Origin: Neophaeotheca triangularis
Taxonomy: Eukaryota
Length of the DNA stretch: 64,000 nt
Reading direction: 5' to 3'
NCBI GenBank assembly: GCA_054600435.1
Contig: BAAIJX010000013.1
Location: 62,001-126,000 of the forward strand
The position numbers and the translations under genes are program-made. Below the pieces are notes generated by a model. The model had not been told where the DNA came from, made no database searches, and worked only from the letters and a program-made list of their open reading frames with translations. Shown piece after piece: positions 21,705 through 33,544 of this stretch. Numbering within the stretch: the first letter of the stretch is position 1; every line of letters begins with the position of its first letter.

Positions 21705-23000
21705 ATGGCGGGCCTACCAACCAGCCCTTTGGCTCTGAGCCGCAACCTCGTCCGAAACGTCAACCCGTCCCTCACCCGCGCCTTTCCCAAGCCCGCAGTA
21801 GCGACGCAGAGGAGGAACTTGCAAGATGTAGCCATTACTCGTACCGGAAAGCCCATCATTCGGATAGCTGGCGGACGAAGCTCTCTCGGTGGACATACGG
21901 CGACTGTTTTCGGTGCGACGGGGTTTCTGGGCCGTTACATCGTGAACCGATTGGCTCGCGCAGGATGTATGACTAGATGATCGAAGACAAAAGCAGGGCA
22001 TGGAAATACTGACTATGCTCATTAGGCACCGTTGTGGTCCCTTTCCGTGAGGAAATGGCCAAGCGCCATCTCAAGGTCTCTGGTGACCTCGGCCGGGTCG
22101 TCTTCATCGAGTACGATCTCCGCAACACCGCTTCGATTGAAGAGTCAGTCAGACACTCCGACATGGTCTTCAACCTCGTAGGACGCGACTACCCAACCAA
22201 GAACTTCGATCTCGAAGATGTCCATGTCGAGGGCACTCAGCGCATCACCGATGCAGTGGCCAAATACGACGTCGACCGCTTCATCCACGTCTCCTCGCAC
22301 AGCGTACACCCCGAATCGCCCTCGGAGTACTACAGAACAAAATACCGCGGTGAGCAGATGGCGCGCAGCATTTTCCCTGAAACAACAATCGTGCGCCCCG
22401 CTCCCATGTTCGGCTTCGAGGACCGACTGCTCCACTCGCTCGCTCGTGCAACCAATGTCTTCACCTCCAACAACATGAACGAGCGCTTCAGGCCTGTCCA
22501 CGTCACCGATGTCGGTCGCGCTTTGGAGAAGATTGGGTACGACGACAGCACCGCTGGTGAGACGTATGAACTGTTCGGCCCCAAGGAGTACGCCATGCGT
22601 GAAATCCACGAGTTTGTCGACCGCGAAATTTTCAAGAACAGACGACACGTGAACGTTCCAGGCGCGATCAGGGGACCGATTATGGAGCTCTTGAACAAGC
22701 TGCTCTGGTGGCCGGTTGGCTGCAAGGACCAGGTGACAAGAGAATTCCTCGACCAGTTCATCGACAAGAACGCGAAGACCTTCAAAGACCTGGACATCGA
22801 GGCCGGAGACATCTCCAAGTTCACTTTCACATACTTGGTAAGTTCTATACAATATTGTACTACACACGATGCACTGGTACTAATGCTGTCCCCTTTTACA
22901 GCAAGGATATCGCTCCTCAGCCTACTACGATCTGCCTCCCATGACGGAGAAGGAGAAGCGCGAGGAGAAGAAGTATCTGCACGTGCTCGATGACCAATAG
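21705..23000 (+). CDS. NDUFA9: NADH:ubiquinone oxidoreductase 40 kDa subunit (NDUFA9/nuo-40)
   Basis: [29 protein letters not shown]; introns 21967-22025 and 22838-22901; ends ...YLHVLDDQ*. Confidence 0.95.
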
Positions 23001-23287
23001 CAATATATTTTCAGTACTGTTGTCGACAATTCCATAAAGTTGCATCTATTCTGTTTCGCGCGTAGTGGAGCTCGATGCGAGGCGGGCTGTATAGGGGCTT
23101 ACAGATTGGTGACACTAAACAGTTGTGTACTTGCAATGTGTACATATGATATGGAGAACAGAGCCTCTGCTGGCGGTTGCTGTGTTTATCCCAGTCATGG
23201 GCCGACGCCGTCGCTAGCAAAGTTCCCGTGGCAAACGCCAATTCTCCGGGTAGCGGTGGGAGCATCAGCCCAGTGCCATCAAGTCCC

Positions 23288-24962
23288 TTACCCAGCGCCA
23301 ATGCTCGACACGATGTAAATGAGCATGTATGCCTCAGCGGCTAAAACCTCCTTCTCCTCAACCAACACCACCATACTGTCATCAAACCGGAACCACTCGT
23401 TCCCCTGCCGCGAATAGTTGATATAGTGGCCATTATCTATTTTGCCCTTATGCACGATGACGCTGGAGAGTGTATACTTCGGCTCCGTGTGATCCAATCC
23501 CACCTGCGAGGCTGAGTCCGCATTCTCGCCCTCGCCCTCCATAGAAAACGGCTCGGCGTCGGAAGAGACGGGGTTCTCGGACGAGGATTTAGAGGCATAA
23601 GGCTCAAGGTCCAGGACAAAGGGGAAGCGCACGCGGGTCTCGACTTTGCTGCTCTGTGATGACTTCTGGCTGTGCGAAAAGCGTTTGAGGTGAATGGGGA
23701 GAACGGGCGGTAGACGGGACAGCGTCAGCCGCTTTTTGGCTTCTTGCGAGCTTTCGCATTTGTGGCAGCGGTAGCTGTCGGCGGATAATGTCTCGGGGGC
23801 TGTGAATCGATCCAGACACTCGGTGAGATCCATCGGCAGGGGAACTTTTTCGGTCGAGATGCTGTTCGTCAGCGGTTGCTTCTTCTTCTTGACCGCAAAA
23901 GCGGTGTTTTTGATGTCGAGTGAGAGGTCCATGAAGGGATCTAGCGTCGAGGTCGTGTTTTCGCACTTGGTGCACGTCACAGTGCTGCTCATCAAGCCGC
24001 CAAAGGTGGAATGGATGATACAACCACAGTCTTTACCAGCATCCTCCCCAGTCTCTTCTGTGTTAGTAATCGCGGCGTGGAGGCCATTCAGGATGAAACC
24101 TAAAAACTCGTGTGCATCGTGCTGATCATAGCCTGCCAAGCTTCCGCCATTCTTCCAGCAGGCTTGCAGCAGATGCACTGCACCGTAGCCCTCGTGCTTC
24201 TCTTGCCCGAAGAAGTCGGTAAAGATGTCGTCAACAGTGCAGGCGATACAAATCTCGCGATCACAGTCTGATGACTTGTGTCCCTCAGTGAGAAAGAAGA
24301 TGCGAATAATCGGGTTGTGAATGATCGACTGCATGATGACGGACATGAAGCATGTCTGGCCCATGTTATAGAATCCTCGCAAGCCTGTGGCCGCACACTG
24401 CGAGGGCGTTGAGTTGGTAGCCAGGAGACGCTTGCTTTCTTTCTCTACACTGCCGGCATCAATGCTCGAGTGCTTTCGCTTCTTGGGCGACATTTCCTCT
24501 GTACGTACAGCTTCGAAAGTAGGATCGTAGACGAGGTCGCGACAATCGTGGCAGTACACATAGCCGTGCATGGATTCGACGGCTGGGCACTGGTTAGCTT
24601 TTTCTTTCCTCTCGCGTAGTGACTCTTGTTGGGATTCACGTACAGAATAGATGCTTTTTGCTGTGCTGTTCCCTGCTACTGCTCACATTTGGACATTGCA
24701 AGCACAAGTATGTGACTGTAGCAGTCGCACTCGTCCCATTGCCATTTTTGTGTATCCGTGTAGCAACCCCACCTTCTTTGATCGTTGTTATGATTTTCGT
24801 ATACCCTTCTAAAGCTGGCTTGCGGGCGCTTCCAAGGAGACTCTTGATATGTGCTGTTGGCCCAGTCAGTAACGCTGCCCATTCAGGCTGAACAACTGAC
24901 TTGGACTTACGGCATCCAAACGTGGTCTGCGAAGCCGGCCCTGGACTTTTGACTTCGCTCAT
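23288..24962 (-). CDS. UBP8: SAGA deubiquitinase UBP8 (zf-UBP + USP domain)
   Basis: zf-UBP Cys/His, Cys box GFYNMGQTCFMS, QHDAHEF, His box HKGKIDNGHY; intron 24643-24583. Confidence 0.9.
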
Positions 24963-25814
24963 GGCTAGAATGATTGCTCTGCACTCGTCTCGGGTTGGCA
25001 GGGTAACAATGAAGGTTTACTGAATGCGAGCGTGTGCGAGGACGAGGGCTTCGGCCAGTCTACATAGCTCGGCGAGTGTTGCTATCAGGTCATAGTCGGG
25101 GCTGGCAGCGCTCGACTAGCTCTGGATGAGACGAGGCGCCGGTCAAGAGGAGAGTTTTAAGCGTGAAGACGAAGGCTGTAGATTGCGGCGCGAACGGGAT
25201 GGAGAGCTACCGTAATATGAACGATCGAGTGAAATGATGTAGCGAGATAAGACGGATAAGGTTGTCTGCCCGTCGGTTCCTGCATGTAGATCGTGGAGAA
25301 GATGTGTCTGCTCGGCCGTTGCCGCCTCGCCGCCTGCCGCAACCCTATGGTGACCGAAGACCGTACATACCTACATTACATCCATGGATATCTTATGCGT
25401 CTCTACCTTCCTAATCAACACCTCGATCACTGCAAACCTTTGCGTTAATGATCACCATTTCACGTTTGTTGTAGATACACCAGCTTCGTGAGCGCACGCG
25501 AATCGGCTAATGATTGCATGGAAAAGTACAGTAGCGACGCAAACAACCTGGTCTTCTTCTACTGCTGCCTCTACTCAGTAAATCCGCTCTTTGCGCCATA
25601 GGGCGAATGCTCGGACTCATTGTCGGGGCTTCCACTCGTGAGTCGAATATCAGGACTCCTACCGCCACATACCAGCTTCACCGCTTGACCTTTCGGTTGC
25701 CGCCGATCGCCTTCTATCGGGCTATCTATCGCCCCGTAGGGCCTGAAACGCAACGATTGATCTGACTGCTCGGACCGCTTGTTAACCCAAGTTGTCGCTG
25801 TGCGCGGTTAGGCT

Positions 25815-27416
25815 ATGTCTTTCTCAGGTCACCGCGCAACAGCGCTGCCAGACAGGCCAATGTCCATCCCAGAGATCGTTGCCAGCGCCCAGGACTTCGA
25901 GTTTGATCAGCGCCGAGACTTACGGTCGTGGCTTCGGTCTTCGAGGATGCTTTTGACAGAGGCTGCCAACTGCGAGCACGATGGTGACTACCAGAAGGCA
26001 TACTTGTACCTCTACAGGCATGCCGAGCTTGTAATCGCACACTTTCCCAAACATCCAGAGTACAAGAACCCCGAACTCAAGGGAGATTTGGCGAAAGCTC
26101 GCCAGGATGTCAACAATAACATCGCTAAGCTGGAGCAGATGAAGCCTCGTATCAATGAGCGTTTGCGAAGATACACAGCTGCAGTGGCACGAAGAGAGGC
26201 AGAAAGGCAGCGCATCGACGAGGAGCGTCGAGGGAGCAATGGCATGGGCCAATCTGATGACGAGCTTCAGCGCGAGTCTTTCGACCGTTATCAAAAAGGC
26301 TACAATGCTTTCGACGACAGTCAGTCGCTGGACGCTCTCGAGCATAGGCAGCTCGCTGTCGATTTGGCGCACAAGGAGCTTCGGCGGAGAGCGGCGAATC
26401 GCATGAGTACGAGTGAGGCTGGCACTTCCCCAGATACCATCAAGCGCAGGAGAGCAGCACGCATAGTTGGACCGGGAGGAGATGATGAGGTGGTCAGAGG
26501 CGGAGACGACCAACGCTTCGACCAAAGTGGCGTGAGAGAGACAGGGAAACTGTTGGACGGAAGGAATCATAGAGGCCGAACGGATGAAACACGAAGGCCG
26601 CTCAAAGGAGGAAGCTCTTTTAACTACCCTAGCGTGCCGGCTAAGGAGGCTGCCATGGACTGGCGATCGCAGCCAATGTCACCAATGCCGTCTAGCACAG
26701 ATCGGTGGAGACCGCCTCCAAGCGTGCCAGCGAAGTCGGCTCTAGATGCGCCCCCATCACGTCCATCGAAGACACCGGACAGACCGCCAAAGGTCTCAAC
26801 TTCGCCCGAACCGCCCCACAAGAAGTTTACCATAGCTACGACGGCGTACGCAGAGTCAGGTACCCCCCTTCGGCCTCTCTATTTGCCTCCAGAGCTCCGC
26901 CGCAAATTTCTCAACTTGGCCCATGACAACACTTCCAGAAATCTGGAGACCTGCGGCATACTCTGCGGTAGTCTCGTCTCCTCGGCCCTTTTCATAACCC
27001 ACCTCATATTACCCGATCAAAATAGCACGAGCGATACCTGCGATACGACGGAAGGGGGCGACAACGCGCTGTTCGACTATTGCGACAAGAACAACCTGAT
27101 AGTTTGCGGCTGGATACACACACATCCCACGCAGACGTGCTTCCTCTCCTCCCGCGACTTGCACACCAGTAGCGGGTACCAGATCATGCTGCCGGAGGCT
27201 ATAGCCGTCGTTTGCGCACCGAGAAGTAATCCTGACTGGGGCTGCTTCCGACTGACGGATCCGCCTGGGCTGCAGACTGTTCTGAAATGTGAGAAAAGGG
27301 GGCTCTTTCATCCGCACGACGATGTTGCTGGTGGGCTTTATACGGATGCGCTGTTGCCGGGGCACGTGGTGGAGGGGCCCGGTTTGAACTTCGACGTGGT
27401 CGATATGAGGTTGTAG
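25815..27416 (+). CDS. AMSH/STAMBP-like JAMM deubiquitinase (Sst2)
   Basis: N-terminal USP8-dimer/MIT-like region; JAMM motifs NLETCGILCG and GWIHTHPTQTCFLSSRDLHT. Confidence 0.92.
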   Translation: MSFSGHRATALPDRPMSIPEIVASAQDFEFDQRRDLRSWLRSSRMLLTEAANCEHDGDYQKAYLYLYRHAELVIAHFPKHPEYKNPELKGDLAKARQDVNNNIAKLEQMKPRINERLRRYTAAVARREAERQRIDEERRGSNGMGQSDDELQRESFDRYQKGYNAFDDSQSLDALEHRQLAVDLAHKELRRRAANRMSTSEAGTSPDTIKRRRAARIVGPGGDDEVVRGGDDQRFDQSGVRETGKLLDGRNHRGRTDETRRPLKGGSSFNYPSVPAKEAAMDWRSQPMSPMPSSTDRWRPPPSVPAKSALDAPPSRPSKTPDRPPKVSTSPEPPHKKFTIATTAYAESGTPLRPLYLPPELRRKFLNLAHDNTSRNLETCGILCGSLVSSALFITHLILPDQNSTSDTCDTTEGGDNALFDYCDKNNLIVCGWIHTHPTQTCFLSSRDLHTSSGYQIMLPEAIAVVCAPRSNPDWGCFRLTDPPGLQTVLKCEKRGLFHPHDDVAGGLYTDALLPGHVVEGPGLNFDVVDMRL

Positions 27417-27598
27417 CAGCGCGGTCGTGTTCAATATCAGCGCTGGCTGAAGGATAAGGCCCTTTTGTGGTGGCTTGTTGCTCTTCTAGTTGACTTGCTG
27501 AATGTTACTATCCTTTCAGCGTGGCTGTGATACCTCTGTCGACCGCAACAACACGCTCGATCATACACATCTTCTCTTGTTCCCTTCAAACTTTCAAC

Positions 27599-28486
27599 TC
27601 AAGGACCCAATCGCTGTGTGCTCCCAGTAGGCCCTGTAGCAACGCCATTTGCTGCGCCCAGTGTACCCCGTCCGGGCCCTACTCTTGGGCCATTCGTGCT
27701 CGGCAGCACACCATACCGTCCATACGTCTTTTGATCAACACTGACATAATGCGGCAACCTCCCGAGCAAATTCAATTTGCCCTCAATCCACCTCAATATC
27801 TTCTCATTCGGCGCCAGAAACCTAATCCAGCCCAGTCCCCACAGATACCCTACCGCACCGCCGCATAGATGACCCAGGAGACTGGTTGCAGGAACTAAGA
27901 AGTGTATTACAAGTATTAGAATCAATGGTGACGTCCAGGTTGGTATCGAATATGTCGAGATGGTGAAGTGTGGGTTTTGGCGGTAGGTTTTGATGGCTTC
28001 GCTGCATAGAAGCAGGAAGACAAATACAGAAGCCCCGTAGACGGCTGTATTGGACTGAAGAATGAAGCGTTCGATGAGGGTGTAGAGCCCTCCTGGCAGC
28101 AGGCCGAATGGGCCTGTGAAAAGAAGGAGCGTGGTGATGGTGCCGTTCTCGGCCTCGAAGCGTTCCAGGAGCGGAATGAGGGCGATGAGGTTCAGAAGGT
28201 AGTGGAAGAAGTTAACATGAAGGAGCGGGTAGGTGTTCATGCGGTAGACTGTGGCATGCTCGTCAGGAGAGGAATCTACGGATCTTTGCGGAAGGGGGAA
28301 ACACATACGGGTTTGTATGTTGATCTCGCTCGGGATCAAACTGCCCCATTGTTCGAGACCAGGTGCGAACAGAGTAGCTATGTAAAAGCCAGTCAATATT
28401 AAGAACAGTAGGCGCGTCGCGAGTGGTAGGCGCAAGATGTAGGATCGTATACGACGAGCGTCGGGAAGGGAGAAAGAGGGTGCCAT
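27599..28486 (-). CDS. RBD2: Rhomboid protease RBD2-like
   Basis: YRMNTYPLLHVNFFH, LERFE, catalytic GAS and GHLCG; in-frame intron 28308-28249. Confidence 0.88.
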   Translation of the reverse strand: MAPSFSLPDARRIRSYILRLPLATRLLFLILTGFYIATLFAPGLEQWGSLIPSEINIQTRMCFPLPQRSVDSSPDEHATVYRMNTYPLLHVNFFHYLLNLIALIPLLERFEAENGTITTLLLFTGPFGLLPGGLYTLIERFILQSNTAVYGASVFVFLLLCSEAIKTYRQNPHFTISTYSIPTWTSPLILILVIHFLVPATSLLGHLCGGAVGYLWGLGWIRFLAPNEKILRWIEGKLNLLGRLPHYVSVDQKTYGRYGVLPSTNGPRVGPGRGTLGAANGVATGPTGSTQRLGP

Positions 28487-28919
28487 GCGTCGTCGAGCTC
28501 GTAGTTTCGACGGTGAATTAGAAAGTACCTAGGTAGTCTCGGCGGAGAGAAGAAAGAAAGAAGAAGAAGGCGAGTGGGAGAAGAGGGGGAAGAGGAGCGA
28601 AGGTGATAGGATGATCTATGTGCGCGGTGCAGTGCTCATGTCATGTAGTACAGTAGTAGTAGTAGGTAAGTGTATCTCTTCTGATGTCGCATGAGCAGCC
28701 TCATCAGCCCTGGCCGAGTCGCGTCGAAGGAAGGTGCAGCGACCAAATCTCGTCTGATTCTCGGCCGCTCAATCGGGCAACGACAGCAAGCTGCCGTCTT
28801 CACATACTACTCAAATACTACATGTACCTCCTCGTTGAAACCATGTAATTCTTCCTTATACTACTACTACGTCCATCTCAGTGTCTGGGAGTTGCCATAA
28901 ACACCCGATCGTCGCAACT

Positions 28920-29610
28920 ATGTCTGCCTTCAAGACGGTGGAACTCTTCGGCGGTGCCATGCACGCACAGCTACCATCCAACTTCACCGATGTCAGGTAA
29001 GCCTCGGGGGAGAGCACACAACTCAAACCCGCGGACGCTCGTTAAACATTCTCTTGCAGCAACTTCCGCCAGGTCCCCGACAATCAAGAAGTTTGGATCG
29101 ACGCCGATGGCTTCACCAGCATCGTCTTCGACATTCTTGAACGGGTCGAACTGCCTACGGACATGGAAGCGCTGAAATACCACCTCCACGATATCGTCGA
29201 GGAAGACGTCGAGCGGACGCAGATTTGGCAGACCAATAATGCCATTTTTGCTAAACTACCGTAAGCCCGACTATTTGTTCGTTGAATTAACACTCTTACT
29301 GACAATAATCAGACAAGGCACCCCAGCGTACACGCTATTCGCCACTGCGCCGCCTTCCGAAAAACAAAAAGGGAGGGACAAGGAGCCTGACTTCACTGCA
29401 ACCTTGATGTGTCTAATCAGGCTGGTCGATCAAAAGACCGATATCGTTGTTGTCATGAACGTGCCGCACATCCCTGGCCAGTACGACAATGCCAGCGTGG
29501 ATCCTTCGATTGGAAAAATGGGAGAACTCCTTCAGAAGGGCATGGACGCTAGGTCCAAGCTGATAGAAACATTCGAGATCAACGACTGGGACCTTTTCGT
29601 TCAAGAGTAA
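28920..29610 (+). CDS. MOG1: Ran guanine-nucleotide release factor Mog1
   Basis: LFGGAMHAQLPSNFTDVS|NFRQVPDNQEVW; introns 28997-29059 and 29261-29312; C-terminal FEINDWDLF. Confidence 0.9.
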
Positions 29611-29785
29611 CGGGTTCTGCGGATCGGGACTAAGCTTAGCAGATACACAGCTGCATTCCCTCGTCTGTATCACATTGCGGTGCTTCGACGAAGGAGGTCG
29701 ACGACTCTCAAGGTCTACCCTTGACGTTCGGCAAATTCCCTTGCAGATTGGGAGCTTGCAGCGCCTGAGTACCAAAGCATGCGAT

Positions 29786-31789
29786 TCAATCATCGTCCAA
29801 TACCACAAATTCCAACTTCCTCGCAACGCTGTCTACGTCGGTTCCCTCGTTGGCTGGATTGGTCGATACATTTGCCTCGTGCCCAACATCTGCAGCCGGC
29901 TTTGTCGCCTCCTTTTGCGCCCGGTACCGCCTACCCAGTGCCTCCATGACTTCCTTCTGCGTTGATCCCGTCGGAAGACCAGCCTTGACATCTTTGTAAT
30001 GTTGCTTCACAAACGCAGCATACCCAGTCGCTTCGCCTTTCGCCTTCCCGCCCCTTGGCAAAGGCTTCACCTGTAGAAGGGTGCCCCTACATTGCCCACA
30101 CCTCTGCTTGGCTGGATCAATGCTTTTAGAGTGTCGCTTGAACTCGGAACCGCAATCTTCGTTCTCGCATTGCCAGATGTATTTGTACTCGATTTGATAG
30201 CTATGCTTGGTCGTGACTTCGACTCCCCGATCCGCAAATGCTTTGGTACACTTCGCTCCCCAGACCTTGAACTGTCGACCGTGCGGTTGATCTTTGATGT
30301 TGGAGATCATGAAGTTCGCTAGATGGCAGAACTCGTGGGCGATGACGTTCAAAAGCCGGTGCTCGTCGTTGATGACTTTCTCCGCGAGCTCAATGGATGC
30401 ATTGTGTTTGTACGTCGTCTCGACTGTGCCGTCTAGCTTGCGCGTCTTTGTAGTGTCACGACGCCAGTTTGCACGACCAGCTGTCGAATTGAGAGTTTTG
30501 CTCCAGATGAAGCGGACGCCGCCCGCGGGGGAAGCGAGCAATCCGATCTGACCGGACGTGATGGTGTGATCAAGTTCCTGGAGGAAATCTTCCGCCACTT
30601 GATGTTTGCGGTCTGCAAACGCCTTCTTGAACGCGATCTCCTCTTTGGTACGCTTTGAGGGACTTTGTGGCTTGCGTGGTGATGCCGGAGGTGAAGTTGA
30701 GTCAGGATTTGGAAGATAACGACTTTTCTTTGGTGATTTGATAACTTTCTTCTCGGGTGAATGTTGGTCGTTCCAATCATTGACGGCAGTGGGGTTCCAG
30801 AAGTTGTCAAGGCTGGATCTCATAGGTGGTGTAGGTATGCGCGGCTTCTTCTTCGAAGGTGATAGCAGTCTCGATTTGCTGGGCGATGCTGGAGGTGGGG
30901 TGGTCGCTCGTCCCGACGAATGGGACTTCTTAGGGCTGTACAGTCTGGGGGGCGAAAATCGTAGAACGGCAGGTTCCTCGAGCTCACGATCTGACGAGCT
31001 TGTAGGCCGGACATCTGGGAAGTTGCGAGATGTTTGCACAGGAGGTTGTTGTTGCGGATCTGAAGCCACTTCCGAGCTCAAGGAAAGTGCTTCGATCCCT
31101 GTTTGCATATCCAGCATGGCGCCAGCCGGCGTTTGCGAAGTTGCGCTTTTCAAAGTCGGATAGACTTGTGGCAGCTTCAAAAGTTTTCTAGGGCTTGGTA
31201 ACTCATCTTCGGAGTCGCTGGATCCTGACCCGGAGCCACACCACACGCTCTCTTCGACACTAGCATCCTCAGAGACTGATTCCTCCGGCATTTGAACGTC
31301 TCGTACTGCATCATCCTCAGAAGTGGCGATCTGTTCTTGTGTACCGTTGTTTTGTTTACAGCGCGACGTTTGTGGCTTCGACGACAATTTGTGCGAAGAC
31401 AAACCCGAAGATAAGGGCTCGGGCAGCTTCGCAGGACTTCTTCTCCTTGGTTTGATATCTTTTGAGAGCTCCGAAGCGGAAAGTGGCGGCAGGGTTCTCG
31501 AGTTATTCAATGGAGCAAGCCGCACGGCTCTGTTCTGGCTGGGTGTAGGAGCCTTGATCTTTGGTTTGAGCGATGGCTGACGTTGAGGCTCTTCATCTGA
31601 ACCAACATCATTGGCATAGCTAGTAACGGAATCTTTCTTCCTGGGTGATAATCTTCTTCGCCGTACTGAGGCTTCGGGTTTTGTCGTCGGCTCATATGGT
31701 TCCAATCGTTGGCCTAGGACTATCGTGTTTGGGGCGCGCTCAGAATCGCTTGGTGCCGATTCTGGACTGGCCGCACGTCTTCGAGCCAT
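29786..31789 (-). CDS. GCNA/ACRC-like SprT metalloprotease (disordered N-terminus, SprT, Zn finger, HMG box)
   Basis: WSKTLNSTAGRA, HEFCH (HExxH), PHGRQFKVW, C-x4-C...C-x2-C, HMG-like YAAFVKQHYKDVK...EVMEALGRRY. Confidence 0.88.
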   Translation of the reverse strand: MARRRAASPESAPSDSERAPNTIVLGQRLEPYEPTTKPEASVRRRRLSPRKKDSVTSYANDVGSDEEPQRQPSLKPKIKAPTPSQNRAVRLAPLNNSRTLPPLSASELSKDIKPRRRSPAKLPEPLSSGLSSHKLSSKPQTSRCKQNNGTQEQIATSEDDAVRDVQMPEESVSEDASVEESVWCGSGSGSSDSEDELPSPRKLLKLPQVYPTLKSATSQTPAGAMLDMQTGIEALSLSSEVASDPQQQPPVQTSRNFPDVRPTSSSDRELEEPAVLRFSPPRLYSPKKSHSSGRATTPPPASPSKSRLLSPSKKKPRIPTPPMRSSLDNFWNPTAVNDWNDQHSPEKKVIKSPKKSRYLPNPDSTSPPASPRKPQSPSKRTKEEIAFKKAFADRKHQVAEDFLQELDHTITSGQIGLLASPAGGVRFIWSKTLNSTAGRANWRRDTTKTRKLDGTVETTYKHNASIELAEKVINDEHRLLNVIAHEFCHLANFMISNIKDQPHGRQFKVWGAKCTKAFADRGVEVTTKHSYQIEYKYIWQCENEDCGSEFKRHSKSIDPAKQRCGQCRGTLLQVKPLPRGGKAKGEATGYAAFVKQHYKDVKAGLPTGSTQKEVMEALGRRYRAQKEATKPAADVGHEANVSTNPANEGTDVDSVARKLEFVVLDDD

Positions 31790-32626
31790 GTCCTTGGATG
31801 CTGCTATTATTATTTTGTAGCCAATATCAATGCACGCACGAATGGATGTAGCGAATGGCAGTGATTTACAGAAGTGGTGGATACCTACCTACTAGTAGTA
31901 GTACCTACCGACAGGGTTCATTGTTTACAGCGTTCATGTGGCGTTGCTATGCAGAGTTCAAGCGAAGCGAGGGGAAACCCCATGCGTGCACTGCTTTAAA
32001 ATCTTCAGCCACGTGTGGTTGCACGTGCTACCTCCTAGCGCTGATCTCCCTCCACCCGCGTTCCGTTCAGGTTGTTGCGACCGTAACGTTACACCTTACC
32101 TTATGGCATCAATATTTGTGAGAGACTACCTACACGCGTGATGATGAACCTTCTCGGCAGCTCCGCTCCTCAGGCTGCGGTTGGCTCTTCTAAGCACGTG
32201 TGCTCTGCAACATCGACTTGAACCTGTACTGGTCCCCCGGGCCGCTCTCGCAAGCGCTTTCGCTTTTGAAGCCTAGGGTAGCTAGCCCATAAGACCAGAA
32301 GATATGCGGCGCCGAGTGTCACGAGACGCGCAAGCGGCTGACAGAGGCACCCGATCCCAACTAGATTTGATCAAATACAGTGACGACTCGTGCGAGGTCC
32401 AGGCATCTCGCTGGAGTTGTGCGATGATCGTTGGAGCTTTATCGTCTCAAACCGCGCTTCCGAAAGCTCGCAGGCCGATTTTCCCGTAAGTTCACATTGC
32501 TGACTTGCGCAGAGCAACATACCATCCTCTTTGTTTCTCCAAAAATTGGCAAATCACCCCTTGCGATTGATGAATGCGCTCCCATTCGCATCACCACACA
32601 GTCCGGGACGCACGTGGACTTCAAAG

Positions 32627-33544
32627 CTACTGGCTTGACTTGCGCCTATGAACTCTCCGGACGTGATCTTTCTGCGCATATGTCAGCTAACATGCCTCTG
32701 CCGTCATTCAACGCCTGCGAGGGATACATACCATATTGTCTACCCGACTGAACAGTCTCGGACAGTCTTTCCATTCGCACAAGACGGTAGGATTATGCTT
32801 TGCTTCGTGTCTTGTCCGGTCTTTCTTGCTCGAGAACCCGCCTTCAGCCGCTTGAGCGCAACTTTCGTACCGGCAAAACAGGACCTTTGTATGGCGCTTG
32901 AAATGTTTTCGAAGGTCACAGCCTCTGGTGAAAACCGAGCGTGAAGAGCAGCCGGGGTAAGCACATCGCCAAGTGTTGTGGTCAATCTTGATTCCCCATT
33001 TCGACATCTCGCTGTCATTGGGACTGGGTGAAGCGCTCCTTGAAGCGATGCTGTTGAACATGGCGCTGTGACGGCCACGTCCCGATGGATATAGTGCATT
33101 CGGTGCTGGAAAGAGCAAGATGTCAGACGAGAGGCAAGAATCTGAGGCTTGAGAGCGATACGTCTGAGGTGCGAAAGGAGGTGTCTCAATTGCGAGGCTG
33201 AAGCTTTCGTTATGTCGCGGGAGCGACTTTGAGTCTGACTTTGGGATATGGCCAACGGATGGAGCTGGCTGCATTCGCCATGGCTGGTACTGTTGTTGGT
33301 ATAAAGACGACTGCCAATCTACAGTGCGACTGTTCGGCTGGAAACTACTCTGAGCCGGCTGTTCTTGCGATAGGCTTTCCAATTCGTAGTGATATGGGGT
33401 TCGCGGGATGGTAGATGTTGCCAACTGGGGAGTGTGCGGAACAACAACATTCTGCGGCTCATCGGTGGGAAATGAGATAGATCTATCGAAGTCGAAGTCG
33501 TAGTCTTCCTGTCGACAGTCGAATGAAAGGCACCAGCCATCCAT
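32627..33544 (-). CDS. C2H2 zinc-finger transcription factor (3 fingers)
   Basis: CAYPGC...DLRKHFKRH, CRYESC...RHEAKH, CEWKDC..FSRVDNM|KDHVRRVH across intron 32731-32672; start uncertain. Confidence 0.82.
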
